This document shows positions 47,668 to 58,035 of a stretch of DNA of 64,000 bases, piece after piece. The notes beneath the pieces were generated by a model. That model saw only the letters and a list, made by a program, of their open reading frames with translations. It searched no databases and was not told the DNA's origin. How positions within the stretch are numbered: the first letter of the stretch is position 1; the number at the start of each line of letters is the position of its first letter. The DNA lies in IMG/VR virus record IMGVR_UViG_3300027963_000035, positions 124,001-188,000 of that record. One strand, given 5' to 3'. The translations under genes and the position numbers were made by a program.

Positions 47668-47928
47668 TTATTTTTCTCCCTTTTCGGCAGTTAGTGTGAA
47701 ACAAGGACAATCAGGATGATGAATAATATCATGCCCATCTCTTATAAAAAGATGGTTGTCGTGCTTCACAGTAACAAAGTTATACATCCGACCATCTGGC
47801 GTAGACTTCTCACCATTCTCTATGCGTTTATTGTTGATAGATTGAATTGCCGGGACTAATAGTCCAATAAGAGTTAAAACAATAAACAAACAAACCAAAG
47901 CCTCTACAAGTGTAAATCCTTTTTTCAT
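47668..47928 (-). CDS. prepilin-type N-terminal cleavage/methylation domain protein
   Basis: MKKGFTLVEALVCLFIVLTLIGLLVPAIQ. Confidence 0.8.
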   Translation of the reverse strand: MKKGFTLVEALVCLFIVLTLIGLLVPAIQSINNKRIENGEKSTPDGRMYNFVTVKHDNHLFIRDGHDIIHHPDCPCFTLTAEKGEK

Positions 47929-47954
47929 TTTAATATAAGAGTAATTATCTCCCA

Positions 47955-48191
47955 TTAGTTATTCTCCAAATAGTTATCATGTTTAATAGCCTTTAAAGGA
48001 TAAGGAACAAATACTATTTCTGTTAGAAGTTTTCCCTCTATAGTTCGAGGTGGTTTACCAGACCCATCTAATACATATCTTTCTATTTGACCAGTTTCCG
48101 TATCCGCCCTAACAACATAGTCTAATCTGTTACCATTTGCATCAAATAGTTCATAATTATAATGGTCAAAGATATTAACGTCTAGTATCAT
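47955..48191 (-). CDS. hypothetical protein
   Basis: GGAGA RBS, part of a coupled small-gene run. Confidence 0.6.
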   Translation of the reverse strand: MILDVNIFDHYNYELFDANGNRLDYVVRADTETGQIERYVLDGSGKPPRTIEGKLLTEIVFVPYPLKAIKHDNYLENN

Positions 48192-48410
48192 TATTTTTCT
48201 CCAAAGTATTATTCACTTCAATTACCTCGTTAGTATATTGATAGTGAATATTTGTCCAAAACTCGCCCTGTTCAATAATTAGTTCATAATTATGAAACTT
48301 ACCTTCGTGAAACATAGGAACAACAGAGGGTATTCTACCATCTTTAGCAGTTAAACTATTTCCACACGATGGGCCACCGACTAAGGAGATTATTGTGTTG
48401 TACTCTTTAT

Positions 48411-49690
48411 CCATAAGTTTTATCAATATAATGTTTTGATTCATTTTTGACAATCATTATTTATTCTCCAATAAATTCACTATTAATCCAATGATTGTAC
48501 CTACCACAATACAAGCGTTGTTTTACGGTTACCATAGTTAACCATCTTGTTTCACGAATATCTTCTTCTATGATACTAACTGGAAACCATGCAAAAAACG
48601 TATGTATCCTAGTATCACCATCACGATAATTGGGGCTGATCCATCTCATCATTTATTCTCCATACCTAAGTTTCCACTCTGATAAATCAACATCAATACC
48701 AGCGGCCTCTTTAATTTTATTTACTATGTCTAGCCCACTATTTACAATCACATTCATTCTATCTCGACCTATTTGGGGAGATAACCCTAGTTCTAACATG
48801 GCAATATCATTTACAATATGCCGAATAATAGATTCCCACTGGTCTTTAGTAAGAGATAATGTTGCTGTAATCATATTTTGTTCGTTAGTCATTATTTTTC
48901 TCCTCAGTATCATACCACAAAATTACTTTGGTTCCATAGTCTGTACTAATCATTATTTTTCTAGGATTATATTCAACTCCTAGTTCTTCACAATAATCTT
49001 CTGCTTCTCTCGTCAAGTCCTTGAGAGAAACGGGTGCGGACAATTCTATAAGATTATCTTCGTTCATTTCTTTTCTCCAATATAATAATAACTTTAATCT
49101 ACGATACAACTTTCAATAGTCATATCTTCATAACCACCTTTATAGTAAGAAGTATCTCCATATCGCTCTTTTTTAGGTTTGGCTAATTTGGCATTTTCAA
49201 CAAAGTTTTTGGCTTTATTTTCGTCAGAGAATATTTTTACAATTTCTTTGTCTGGATGGGGTTCAAATGGCCCCCCAATAGTATCTTGATAAACATTTTG
49301 TTTTGTTCCAACAACAACATGAACATTCATTAGTTTTTTCTCCAAATTTTGCAAAATAAAAACAGCAACACTCAAAAGATAACTACATTGACCATGACTC
49401 ATTGGTCTAATAATAGGAAGTTCATTAGCCATTTCATAAGTGGTCAAAAAAGTTTGTATAGTTTCTTTAAGTTCGTTAGTCATTATTATTCTCCAATGGT
49501 CTTATAAAGAAAATCGGCCAACCTCTTGATTCCCTCATTGTCTACGCTAAATGACACGTTAGATTCTTTCTTGTCATTGTATAAGGAAACATGGTGAAGA
49601 TCATCATTAGAAAAAATTTCCATATAAATTCCATAAGTTTTATCAATATAATGTTTTGATTCATTTTTGACAATCATTAGTTATTCTCCA
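48411..49690. repeat. 60-bp direct duplication (48411-48470 and 49631-49690, one mismatch)
   Basis: ccataagttttatcaatataatgttttgattcatttttgacaatcatta(t/g)ttattctcca. Confidence 0.9.
49094..49483 (-). CDS. hypothetical protein
   Basis: 129 aa, GGAGA RBS. Confidence 0.6.
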   Translation of the reverse strand: MTNELKETIQTFLTTYEMANELPIIRPMSHGQCSYLLSVAVFILQNLEKKLMNVHVVVGTKQNVYQDTIGGPFEPHPDKEIVKIFSDENKAKNFVENAKLAKPKKERYGDTSYYKGGYEDMTIESCIVD

Positions 49691-49951
49691 TATTGGAATT
49701 AGTTTACTTTATAATCATCTACAAGTAAAGATACATCCCTGACATAATCATGGCTACAACGCACAACATCAACAAAATGGTTTGCACTTGACGCCCGAGT
49801 AATAAATCTGCCGTTACCGCAACGGATTAAGACCATATGATCGGGTAAAAAATCAGATAATCGCTCAATATCGCCAGAGGTTAAAAACCCATGCTGTTCT
49901 TCTATTTTACTAGCAAGGTGATGATCATATTTTTTGATTTTGTTTATCTGG

Positions 49952-50455
49952 CTAGTCATAATACATGAATCCTTGTTCAAATCCCCAATCTACAGTCACA
50001 TTTCTATCTTCTACTTGAACTGTAAAGAACTGATTCTTTTGGTGAAGTTTTTCAAATACTTTAAATGTATTTGAAAAACACACCAATAGATTTGACATGT
50101 GATTACGGTCATGTAAGTCAAAGTCTGATTCATCCCAACTAAAATCAAATACGAATCCATCATTATCAATAACTATTTCTTTCGCTACAGAAATCAAATC
50201 TCTTGCAATACCGGGAAATTGTCCTGTAGTATCAACATTGTTTACTTCGATAATATCGGTTATATCTGGGTTGGCCTTAACGAATTTATTGTATATCTTA
50301 TAAAAATCATTTGATAGTTTTTCACTATCTTTTTTCTTTTGGAGAATATACTTTAGATCTTTTTTAGCAGCATCTTCTAACTGAATTTCTAATGGAAGAA
50401 AACTATTGAGAAGTTTGGATTTAGACATGGCAATAAGTGCAATTTGGATCTTCAC
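49952..50455 (-). CDS. hypothetical protein
   Basis: 167 aa ORF. Confidence 0.6.
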   Translation of the reverse strand: MKIQIALIAMSKSKLLNSFLPLEIQLEDAAKKDLKYILQKKKDSEKLSNDFYKIYNKFVKANPDITDIIEVNNVDTTGQFPGIARDLISVAKEIVIDNDGFVFDFSWDESDFDLHDRNHMSNLLVCFSNTFKVFEKLHQKNQFFTVQVEDRNVTVDWGFEQGFMYYD

Positions 50456-50656
50456 AAGGAAGAATTCCAGTCCCTATTTGATCTTTAAGAATCTTATATG
50501 TCTTTTCAACATCTTCATACAATGGAGCATCTGCCAAATGAAGATAACTAGCATCAAATACATTTCCGATTGGCGGATATGCTACTATAGATTTTTTGCC
50601 TTTATAGATTGATATTCCAAATATCTCAGAAAGTTTTTCTACACTCTCTTGATATG

Positions 50657-51043
50657 TCATTTGATATGGATAGGTGGGTTAATTTGGATAGGTGGGCTTG
50701 GACGACCGATTGGCCTATCAGGAAACTTTATTTCAATAAAAAGCGGGAAAGGCCGAGTAGGCGTAGGTGGAATATAATTTATAATCTGACCAGACTTGGT
50801 GATTATTATTTGTGACTGATTTGGATTTTTAATATTATAATTATTTTGAAAGTAATTGCCATGCTCTTTCCACAAGCAATTATGCAATTGAGAAGAAAAT
50901 TTCGTTTCCTTTATATGTTTTTGCTGTAAGTGATAAACTTCTTGCTTTTCTGGCCGACTATGAGTAGAGGCGGAAACAGAAAGATTAATAGAACTCAGAG
51001 TAATCTTATTTTCAAGTTTTTCAAAAGAAAGTTTAGTTTTCAT
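50657..51043 (-). CDS. protein with planctomycete LEPR-XLL-like N-terminal signal and Pro-rich tail
   Basis: MKTKLSFEKLENKITLS. Confidence 0.55.
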   Translation of the reverse strand: MKTKLSFEKLENKITLSSINLSVSASTHSRPEKQEVYHLQQKHIKETKFSSQLHNCLWKEHGNYFQNNYNIKNPNQSQIIITKSGQIINYIPPTPTRPFPLFIEIKFPDRPIGRPSPPIQINPPIHIK

Positions 51044-51267
51044 GTTACTTTGTGAGGCGTTTGAGGTCTTTTGCGAAAAGTTCTGCATCTTCCCTGTTGA
51101 GGAATTTTACGGTGACGCAGTTGTTGTTGTCAACTGATATTTGTCGGCATCTGGCCCTAGCGATCATATTTTCTACATCATCTGTATTATTATCGAAATT
51201 AACCACACCCATCGTCCAAAGATAAAAAGTGAAAAGTAGATACAACATAGCAGACTCCTTTGAGGAA

Positions 51268-51285
51268 ACCGTACCGGAAGGAAAC
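51268..51285 (-). promoter_or_regulatory. outlying promoter motif with GTTTCC extension
   Basis: Minus strand GTTTCCTTCCGGTACGGT. Confidence 0.75.
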
Positions 51286-51984
51286 AACATCACTTTAGTT
51301 TCTGTTCTTCTTGATAATCAATAAATTTGTTATCCGTTATTTTATTGAAAATCTTGCGAGCCATTTCATTCAAGTCATCATCGGTGTTCTTTTCATCTGT
51401 GCCTTCTTTATTCCATTCATAGCCAACACCCTTTACAGTTTTGACTATGTAGCCATTCTTCTTCGCCCAGGATTTAATTTCGCTGACTAACATTTGGATT
51501 TCTCAGGGAAGAATATCATCAATATTTTCTCCGGATAGAATCCGGTCAAAATAAAATCTAACATACCAATCTTTGGCATTAATCATACCGTGTAATGTCA
51601 TTGCATCGTGCAAATCTTTTGGCAATTTGCCTTTTGATTTTTGAAACGAGTATTTGCACAAAAGATACGGGGAATCTTTGATTTGTTCGATTGTATAAGA
51701 TTCCATTGAATTGGTTTCAACCATAGGGAATCTAGGTGCTAGTATCTCGCTCATAGATAATATCCCACCAAGCAGGCCAGTAAGAAACCAAGTATAGCAC
51801 CTAATGATAGAGAGGCAATACCAGAGGCAATGCCACTATTTTTTTCAACTATCTCCCAAGATTCATTTCTTTTCAACAAAATATAGAGATTCCATTCCCA
51901 CATATTCCTCCTTAAATTTTAAATATTAGATTTTGCTCTCCATAAAGTTATTTATTCATCACGCTGTGATATATGTTATTATAT

Positions 51985-52515
51985 TTAAAATAACCAACGA
52001 GACTTGATAAACTTAAGCCGGTCTATAAATAAATTTACTGCTATCATGGTATCAATTGGTGTTGCAATTATTATTCTTTTTCCCAAAATAACTTGCTCAA
52101 CAGCCCAACAAGGATATTCTCGAAAAGCATATCTGTATTCGTGTTCTTGGATTATTGGATATATTCTGATGAATTCATTGCCAATTTCGGCTTTATTATA
52201 GTCGATATTAATTTTGTTGATTGGGTCACTTAGATTAATCACAAGAATCTTAAAATCTTTTTTAAATTCTTCTAGTTTAGGTTTATTTCCATTGTCATCA
52301 ACCATCAAAGGTTCAAAAACTTTCACCAAATCTTTGTTTACTGCTAGTTCTTTTCCATCTATTTCAACTAGGATAGTTTTATTATCTGAAAAACTACCCA
52401 GCATTTCAAATTTTTTGGGAGTTTCTAATTTTTTACCAACTAGCCACTCTCCATTTATGTTGGCTTTTACTGGTGTGCCAGCCGCCAAGTATGGGTAATG
52501 CAAGTATGTGCTCAT
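51985..52515 (-). CDS. hypothetical protein
   Basis: 176 aa ORF. Confidence 0.65.
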   Translation of the reverse strand: MSTYLHYPYLAAGTPVKANINGEWLVGKKLETPKKFEMLGSFSDNKTILVEIDGKELAVNKDLVKVFEPLMVDDNGNKPKLEEFKKDFKILVINLSDPINKINIDYNKAEIGNEFIRIYPIIQEHEYRYAFREYPCWAVEQVILGKRIIIATPIDTMIAVNLFIDRLKFIKSRWLF

Positions 52516-52952
52516 TATATTGGCAAATCTAGCATTTCGTTGCCATTTTTGTCTGGATAACCGTATGTCATATTCTCTACAATTTCGTGAACACGATCAC
52601 GATATTCATTGTCATCAACATTCTCAAGCCAAGAATCCAAAAGTGATTCTGCTATTTCTTTGTGAATCCAGTTCTTAAATGGTTCGGGCCAATCACTAAT
52701 GGGACTTGCGTATATTTGCCTTAATTCATATGCACTATATTTATCGAAGATATTCATGGTCATACGTCAATAAGATTGAATTCTCTAACAATAAGATAAT
52801 CTTCAAGAACTTCAACGAGTTCTGGATCAACCCCGCAGTAAACCACCTTGCCGCTTGGGCCGCAAAGATCATAGCCATTTCCACAGGCGACAATGCTAAG
52901 TTTATGCTCATTCCTATCGTCAAAAATCCTCATGAAATTATTAGAATCCATT

Positions 52953-53156
52953 TCAGCCTCTCCCTATTTCCTTTGAAGATAAAATGCTAATAATGGCGTT
53001 AATTGTGTCTTTATTCCAATCGTAAAGTCTAGCGTCCAACTCCAAATTAGATTGAGCCTCACTACTAAGACTTTCATAGCCCATAGTAAAGTTCTCTACG
53101 GCGATTCTTTTCGCTTTCGGGAAACGAACGAGGGCTTTTTCAATCAAGTCGTTCAT
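52953..53156 (-). CDS. hypothetical protein
   Basis: Start MNDLIEK after GAGGA; motif at 53199. Confidence 0.65.
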   Translation of the reverse strand: MNDLIEKALVRFPKAKRIAVENFTMGYESLSSEAQSNLELDARLYDWNKDTINAIISILSSKEIGRG

Positions 53157-53198
53157 ATTAAATAGTTTCCTCTGGGGCTTCTCTCTCAACACCCCTAG

Positions 53199-53216
53199 AC
53201 CGTACCGGAGGGAAAC
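53199..53216 (-). promoter_or_regulatory. outlying promoter motif
   Basis: Minus strand GTTTCCCTCCGGTACGGT. Confidence 0.75.
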
Positions 53217-53358
53217 TATTTGTCAAGATATTCTTCTATATAAATTTCTGCTAATTTATTATTAATTTCTTCCAATTCATAACAATACATTATTTCCGAC
53301 ATTGCAACGTATTCGCTATACAGATCTTGTTCTTCAATGTGAATCTCGTCTTTCATTT

Positions 53359-54282
53359 TTACTCCTTTAAATGCTGTTTGAATAGAGAGGTGAATCTTGA
53401 ATTTTGCAAAAATTGTGGTGCTAACGCATGAATTTCATTCTTATCATCTTTGTCTATGAATTTATTTACGATATCTTCTGTTGTTTTTTCTAAGTCAAAA
53501 TCTATAATTTTATCAAAAGTGTTTGCGAATTCTTGATGTGCAAAACATTTTACTTTTGTGTTATTATCTGAGTGACAAGACATAGATGATACATGCCAAC
53601 CAATTGGTGAGTAAATAATGCTAATGTCTTGGATAGGGGCCCTGTATGAATTATACACCATGTGATTTTGATCTTGATCATCGAATCTAAAATCTGCCGG
53701 GGTGATATGACTTAAGTAAAAATAATCATCATGCTTATTTATATTCCTGTAGTCGTGTATATTGATTTTTTGTAAATTTTCAAAAGAAGTTACAAAGCCT
53801 TTGTGCCATGAATTCGATAACGGATCATCTAAAATAGTGAATCTAAAATCATAGTATGATAAATAATTTATGCAATTTAGATTGTCGATTTTGTTTAAAG
53901 AATCTATATTTTGAATCTCATCAATATCCTGGGTGCAAATTAAATCTCCTTCTTTGGCAATCTGCAGTATTGCATTTTGTAAATAGTTTCTATGGTAAAA
54001 TTCAACTATCCAACGATTTTCTTTTGCCTTGAAATTATTATGTCCTAAAAAATTACCCTTGTATGGTTTTGGTAAATTTTCGAGTTTAACATATAAGATC
54101 CTATCTTCATATTTTTTAAATATGTCTTTATATTTTTCATAGAAAAAGGGCTTACTTAAACCGCTAAAAGTAGAATTTGCTTCGGCTAAAATTATAAAAT
54201 CAAAGTATTTTAAGTCATACTCCAGTCTAGCCTCCAGGAGCCAGACCTCATTATTCATTATTAAGCAATTATATTTTTTCAT
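53359..54282 (-). CDS. glycosyltransferase family 17-like
   Basis: NE..LLE.RL, AEAN.TFSG..KP, E..HRN, DIDEI, GWH.S. Confidence 0.8.
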   Translation of the reverse strand: MKKYNCLIMNNEVWLLEARLEYDLKYFDFIILAEANSTFSGLSKPFFYEKYKDIFKKYEDRILYVKLENLPKPYKGNFLGHNNFKAKENRWIVEFYHRNYLQNAILQIAKEGDLICTQDIDEIQNIDSLNKIDNLNCINYLSYYDFRFTILDDPLSNSWHKGFVTSFENLQKINIHDYRNINKHDDYFYLSHITPADFRFDDQDQNHMVYNSYRAPIQDISIIYSPIGWHVSSMSCHSDNNTKVKCFAHQEFANTFDKIIDFDLEKTTEDIVNKFIDKDDKNEIHALAPQFLQNSRFTSLFKQHLKE

Positions 54283-54659
54283 TGTTTCATATTGAAATGA
54301 AAATCATTAGTATCATTGTCGAAACTGCAGTCTAACACATCTTCTCTTGCCATAATATTCAATATATTATTTACACCTCTTTGGAAAAGATCATTAGCTA
54401 TTTTCTCTGCTGTTTTTTCATCATCGCTTATGATTAGTAGATCATTTTTCTTTTTGCAGAAGGCTCTCATAATTAGAACAGTTTCTTCAAGCATTAAAAA
54501 CGAGTCTAATTTGCTTTTTTCAAGATATTCTTGAACCTTTCCAACTAAATCCTTAGCCTTTCTTCCTGATTTTATTTGTTTTATCATATTTCTATGAATA
54601 TTTTTTCTTATTTTATTTGCCGCTAGCACTAAATCATCTTCTGTCATTTCTATTTTCAT
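54279..54659 (-). CDS. hypothetical protein (paralog of 10317..10646)
   Basis: Shared C-terminal motif. Confidence 0.65.
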   Translation of the reverse strand: MKIEMTEDDLVLAANKIRKNIHRNMIKQIKSGRKAKDLVGKVQEYLEKSKLDSFLMLEETVLIMRAFCKKKNDLLIISDDEKTAEKIANDLFQRGVNNILNIMAREDVLDCSFDNDTNDFHFNMKQ

Positions 54660-54755
54660 GATTCTTGGTTATATCATGGATCATAAAAAAAGAAAACACC
54701 CACAGGATTTTACTCCCATGGGTGCATTTATAATCTAAATTATAAATTAAAAATA

Positions 54756-54968
54756 TCAGTCAGCGATAAAACCTGGGGTAACTGTTAGTGCATCATTTGT
54801 TGAAAAACCGGCTCCGTCCTTAACAACAACAACGATTTCTTCTTGTGTTGAAATCATGTTGAGTGTTCTTTGTAGACTAACGCCTCCATAAACACTGGAA
54901 TCTAAGCAACCTTCGGTTGTGTATCCGTCATTTGGAGTAACATAGAGCTTAGCAATGTAATCGTTCAT
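54756..54968 (-). CDS. hypothetical protein
   Basis: AGGAGG RBS, downstream hairpin. Confidence 0.65.
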   Translation of the reverse strand: MNDYIAKLYVTPNDGYTTEGCLDSSVYGGVSLQRTLNMISTQEEIVVVVKDGAGFSTNDALTVTPGFIAD

Positions 54969-55068
54969 AAATAAACCTCCTTGTAATTGGATGGATTATT
55001 CCATCCAATATTATATATGCTTGCTATAAATGATTTTTATTCCTTACTAGTTGAAACTATATTATTTC

Positions 55069-55761
55069 ATGTCAAATCTGGCATTTCATCATATTTACGC
55101 ACCGTCAGAGAGAAGTCTAGGGGTGATAAAGCCTATACTAGAAAGAACTGTTAATTCTGGGATTTTAGATAGACTTGATTATTTTAATATAATCATAACT
55201 GGCGTTTCTAGAGAGTTTGTAGCAAACAATATCAGAGGAATTTCTCCCAAGTTCACTATAAACCTAACAGATGAAAACCTAGCAGAAAGAACCACCCTTC
55301 ATAAACTATATTTGACGGCTAAGCCCGAGGATAAAGTATTATACTTTCACTCAAAAGGAACAAGTAAGATCAACAATCCCTTTTTAAAGTCATGGACTGA
55401 CAAACTGATATATTTCGTTATAGATAAACACCAAGAATGCCTAGATTTTTTAAATGAATACGACTTAGTTGGCCCAAATTATTGGGGAGAGTTCACTCCG
55501 GATAGTTGTAGAATAAGTTGTGATTTAGACGATAATCCACCGCCCCATTATTCTGGAAATTTCTGGTGGGCTAAAGGATCCCATATTAAGAGATTAGATA
55601 TACCAATAGGACCAGATTATAACGACCCAGAGTTTTGGGTTTTTACAAAGAGGCCTTTAAAGGCAGTTGCCATGAGCGTTATAGTAACTAATCCCTATAC
55701 CGATAGGCATGATTTTGAAAGTTATAAGGATGAGAAACCTAGATTTTCTTTGTTAAATTAA
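55069..55761 (+). CDS. putative glycan-modifying protein (GT-A-like)
   Basis: E..TL, LYFHSKG, HYSGNFWWA motifs. Confidence 0.6.
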   Translation: MSNLAFHHIYAPSERSLGVIKPILERTVNSGILDRLDYFNIIITGVSREFVANNIRGISPKFTINLTDENLAERTTLHKLYLTAKPEDKVLYFHSKGTSKINNPFLKSWTDKLIYFVIDKHQECLDFLNEYDLVGPNYWGEFTPDSCRISCDLDDNPPPHYSGNFWWAKGSHIKRLDIPIGPDYNDPEFWVFTKRPLKAVAMSVIVTNPYTDRHDFESYKDEKPRFSLLN

Positions 55762-55764
55762 CAA

Positions 55765-56352
55765 TTAAAATGGATGCTTGTCATACCAATTTCTTCCAAC
55801 ATATTTAAATTCTTTTTTCTCGCAACATTCAATATACTTTTTAAGACCATATTTATCTCCAGATTCTTCAAAACTTGAAAGGATAAGCATTCTGTGAATA
55901 CTATCTGGGAATTTGTCCCCGATTATCTCGCAAGCATAGCGATATGCAAAGTCGTAATTTTTGAGGAAAACGCCTTCATGTTCTTCTGGTATTCTGGACT
56001 TTAGAACACTACGAGCATAGCAGTATGATAGGCGGGGATCATTGTAGATCTTCTTATCAAGTCTTTTCTGCAACTTTTCGTCTTGAACTTTATGATTTCC
56101 GGTGTGCTGAAAATAAGAAAAAAGATAATGAATGTTTTTGCTCAGAACCTTCTCAATCTCAGGAGAGGCTTTATCCCCTTTTTCAAGAAACACTTTTAGA
56201 TACTTATAGGCAAGTGCTGGACTGGTGCAGAAATAATCATCAAGTTCTTTGGTTCTGTCGATATTATCTTTAAAATACCAAAGAACATTCCTTACCAAAT
56301 GATTGCGAAGGTGCTTATTATCCGTCAAATCAAGATCAAATTTAAGTTTCAT
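55765..56352 (-). CDS. helical repeat protein
   Basis: About 24-aa P..(A/S)Y.YA..(V/I)...R/K.P..E repeats. Confidence 0.7.
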   Translation of the reverse strand: MKLKFDLDLTDNKHLRNHLVRNVLWYFKDNIDRTKELDDYFCTSPALAYKYLKVFLEKGDKASPEIEKVLSKNIHYLFSYFQHTGNHKVQDEKLQKRLDKKIYNDPRLSYCYARSVLKSRIPEEHEGVFLKNYDFAYRYACEIIGDKFPDSIHRMLILSSFEESGDKYGLKKYIECCEKKEFKYVGRNWYDKHPF

Positions 56353-56355
56353 TTT

Positions 56356-56946
56356 TTATTCAACAAAAGAAAGAACTGGGATTTGAAGTTTAATCATTTC
56401 TTGGGCATATTTTCTTGAAAGTTCACCGTATTCTACCAACTTACTCTCTGCCTCATGCCAGCGGCCCTTAATAACTTCACTGGCATAAGGAAGAATGAGT
56501 GTTGGAACCTGCATTATAAAGGGCTCTGCTTCTTCCCACCTGCCCCCAATTATAGATGCGGCATAAAGAGCGGCCAGTTTAACATCTTTTCCTCTACGAG
56601 CAGAATCTAAGATTGCTTGCTCTCCCATTTTAAATCGACCACCAATAATGTCTAGAGCATACTCATAAGAACTTTTGGCATCTTTTGAAATTACAGGTTC
56701 GCCAAGTTTAAAACGGCCCTCTAATACTTTTTTAGCATAGTTCAAAGAGCAAACAGGGTCTTTGGAAATACTTTCCTCTCCTTCTTTAAAACTATCGCCT
56801 TGCGAGGCTTTAAGATGGATGGCATAAGACACACTCGATTCTGGTGAAATCGCTATCAGTTTTTCAAGTTCGGGATGCCTTCCCTTCTTAATTGCAATAT
56901 CATATGCTTCAAAGGCAAATACCCTATCAATTTGATCGCACATCAC
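56356..56946 (-). CDS. helical repeat protein
   Basis: YA..(V/I)(L/I).GR(F/W)..(G/A)E..I repeats. Confidence 0.75.
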   Translation of the reverse strand: MMCDQIDRVFAFEAYDIAIKKGRHPELEKLIAISPESSVSYAIHLKASQGDSFKEGEESISKDPVCSLNYAKKVLEGRFKLGEPVISKDAKSSYEYALDIIGGRFKMGEQAILDSARRGKDVKLAALYAASIIGGRWEEAEPFIMQVPTLILPYASEVIKGRWHEAESKLVEYGELSRKYAQEMIKLQIPVLSFVE

Positions 56947-57404
56947 TTGTTCCTTTCATACTGACGCTTGCTATCGTGCCAATCATATATTTGCTTTTCA
57001 CTAACCTCCATCCCATAGGCCATAAGTAAGCCCTTCAACTTCTTGCTGATACTGTTCTTTTTATTGATCATTTGATAATAATTGGCTTCCCCATCGCAAC
57101 TCAAATTTTCGGGACTAAGTTCTCCATAGCAACAAAGAACAGCCTCAAGAATCAAATTATCAACATGGGTGAATGGATTATATTTAATTTCCTTCTCAAC
57201 AACCGTCCCATTATCATCGACCATTTGGAGCAGAGGATAAGGAACAGTCCAAATCGTACCTGCATCATGCTTATATCCACGACTTTCGGTTGTTCTAACC
57301 TTGGCTTTAGTTGGATTTACTTTAACTACTACTCCACGAGTTTTCTCGCCATTGCCACTACCGAAAATAACATTCATACCAACACGACATTCTTCACGAT
57401 TCAT
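56943..57404 (-). CDS. conserved phage protein, SH3-like N-terminal domain
   Basis: G.VVKVN.TKAKV...W.VP; LSPENLSCDGE. Confidence 0.7.
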   Translation of the reverse strand: MNREECRVGMNVIFGSGNGEKTRGVVVKVNPTKAKVRTTESRGYKHDAGTIWTVPYPLLQMVDDNGTVVEKEIKYNPFTHVDNLILEAVLCCYGELSPENLSCDGEANYYQMINKKNSISKKLKGLLMAYGMEVSEKQIYDWHDSKRQYERNK

Positions 57405-57636
57405 TTTATATCCCCTTATAGTGTATAATCAGATCGAAAACTATTATGAAAATAAAACGCAGCATTAGGGATCGGAGTATTATTAGTCCAAAGATGCAAG
57501 AAGCATTTTTTCATAGGCTCTGTCATCTCTGTGTATTCTGTCATATATTCCATTCGGATATAAGACAAGAGATTAGAATAATAATCTTCCAACATATAAG
57601 ACGGAATCTTATCTTCCATGATATATCTCCCTATTA

Positions 57637-57969
57637 TTACTGGTTGATGCCGAGTTTAGCGAGAATAGCAGCCGCCTCAACAGCAGTATCGCTAGAACGG
57701 TTATCAATCTTAGGAAGCGTTGGGACTGTTTCCCTCAACTTATTGACCCTGCTATAGACGGCACTATTGGTGACGCCAAGTTCCTTGGCAACATCAGAAT
57801 AGTCGCCGCCGTTACCAAAAACTGCATTGATGGTATGAATAAACTGATTCAGACTAACCTTGTAATTACGGCCGCTGGTCTTAGCCTTGGGGCTATAGAA
57901 GTTAGATTCAGGCTTAAAATCAACGTCACGACAGCCAGTAGAAAGATTCAGACCATACTGGATTTCCAT
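57637..57969 (-). CDS. small sigma-region-4-like HTH protein (paralog 6)
   Basis: VSLNQFI..GGDYSDVAKELGVTNSAVYSRVNKLR..EAAAILAKLG; motif at 58036. Confidence 0.75.
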   Translation of the reverse strand: MEIQYGLNLSTGCRDVDFKPESNFYSPKAKTSGRNYKVSLNQFIHTINAVFGNGGDYSDVAKELGVTNSAVYSRVNKLRETVPTLPKIDNRSSDTAVEAAAILAKLGINQ

Positions 57970-58035
57970 TTCGATTCCTCCGGTAGAGATTTGTGTTGCG
58001 GCAACCTAAACGATTGCTAATCGCAACACCAGAGA

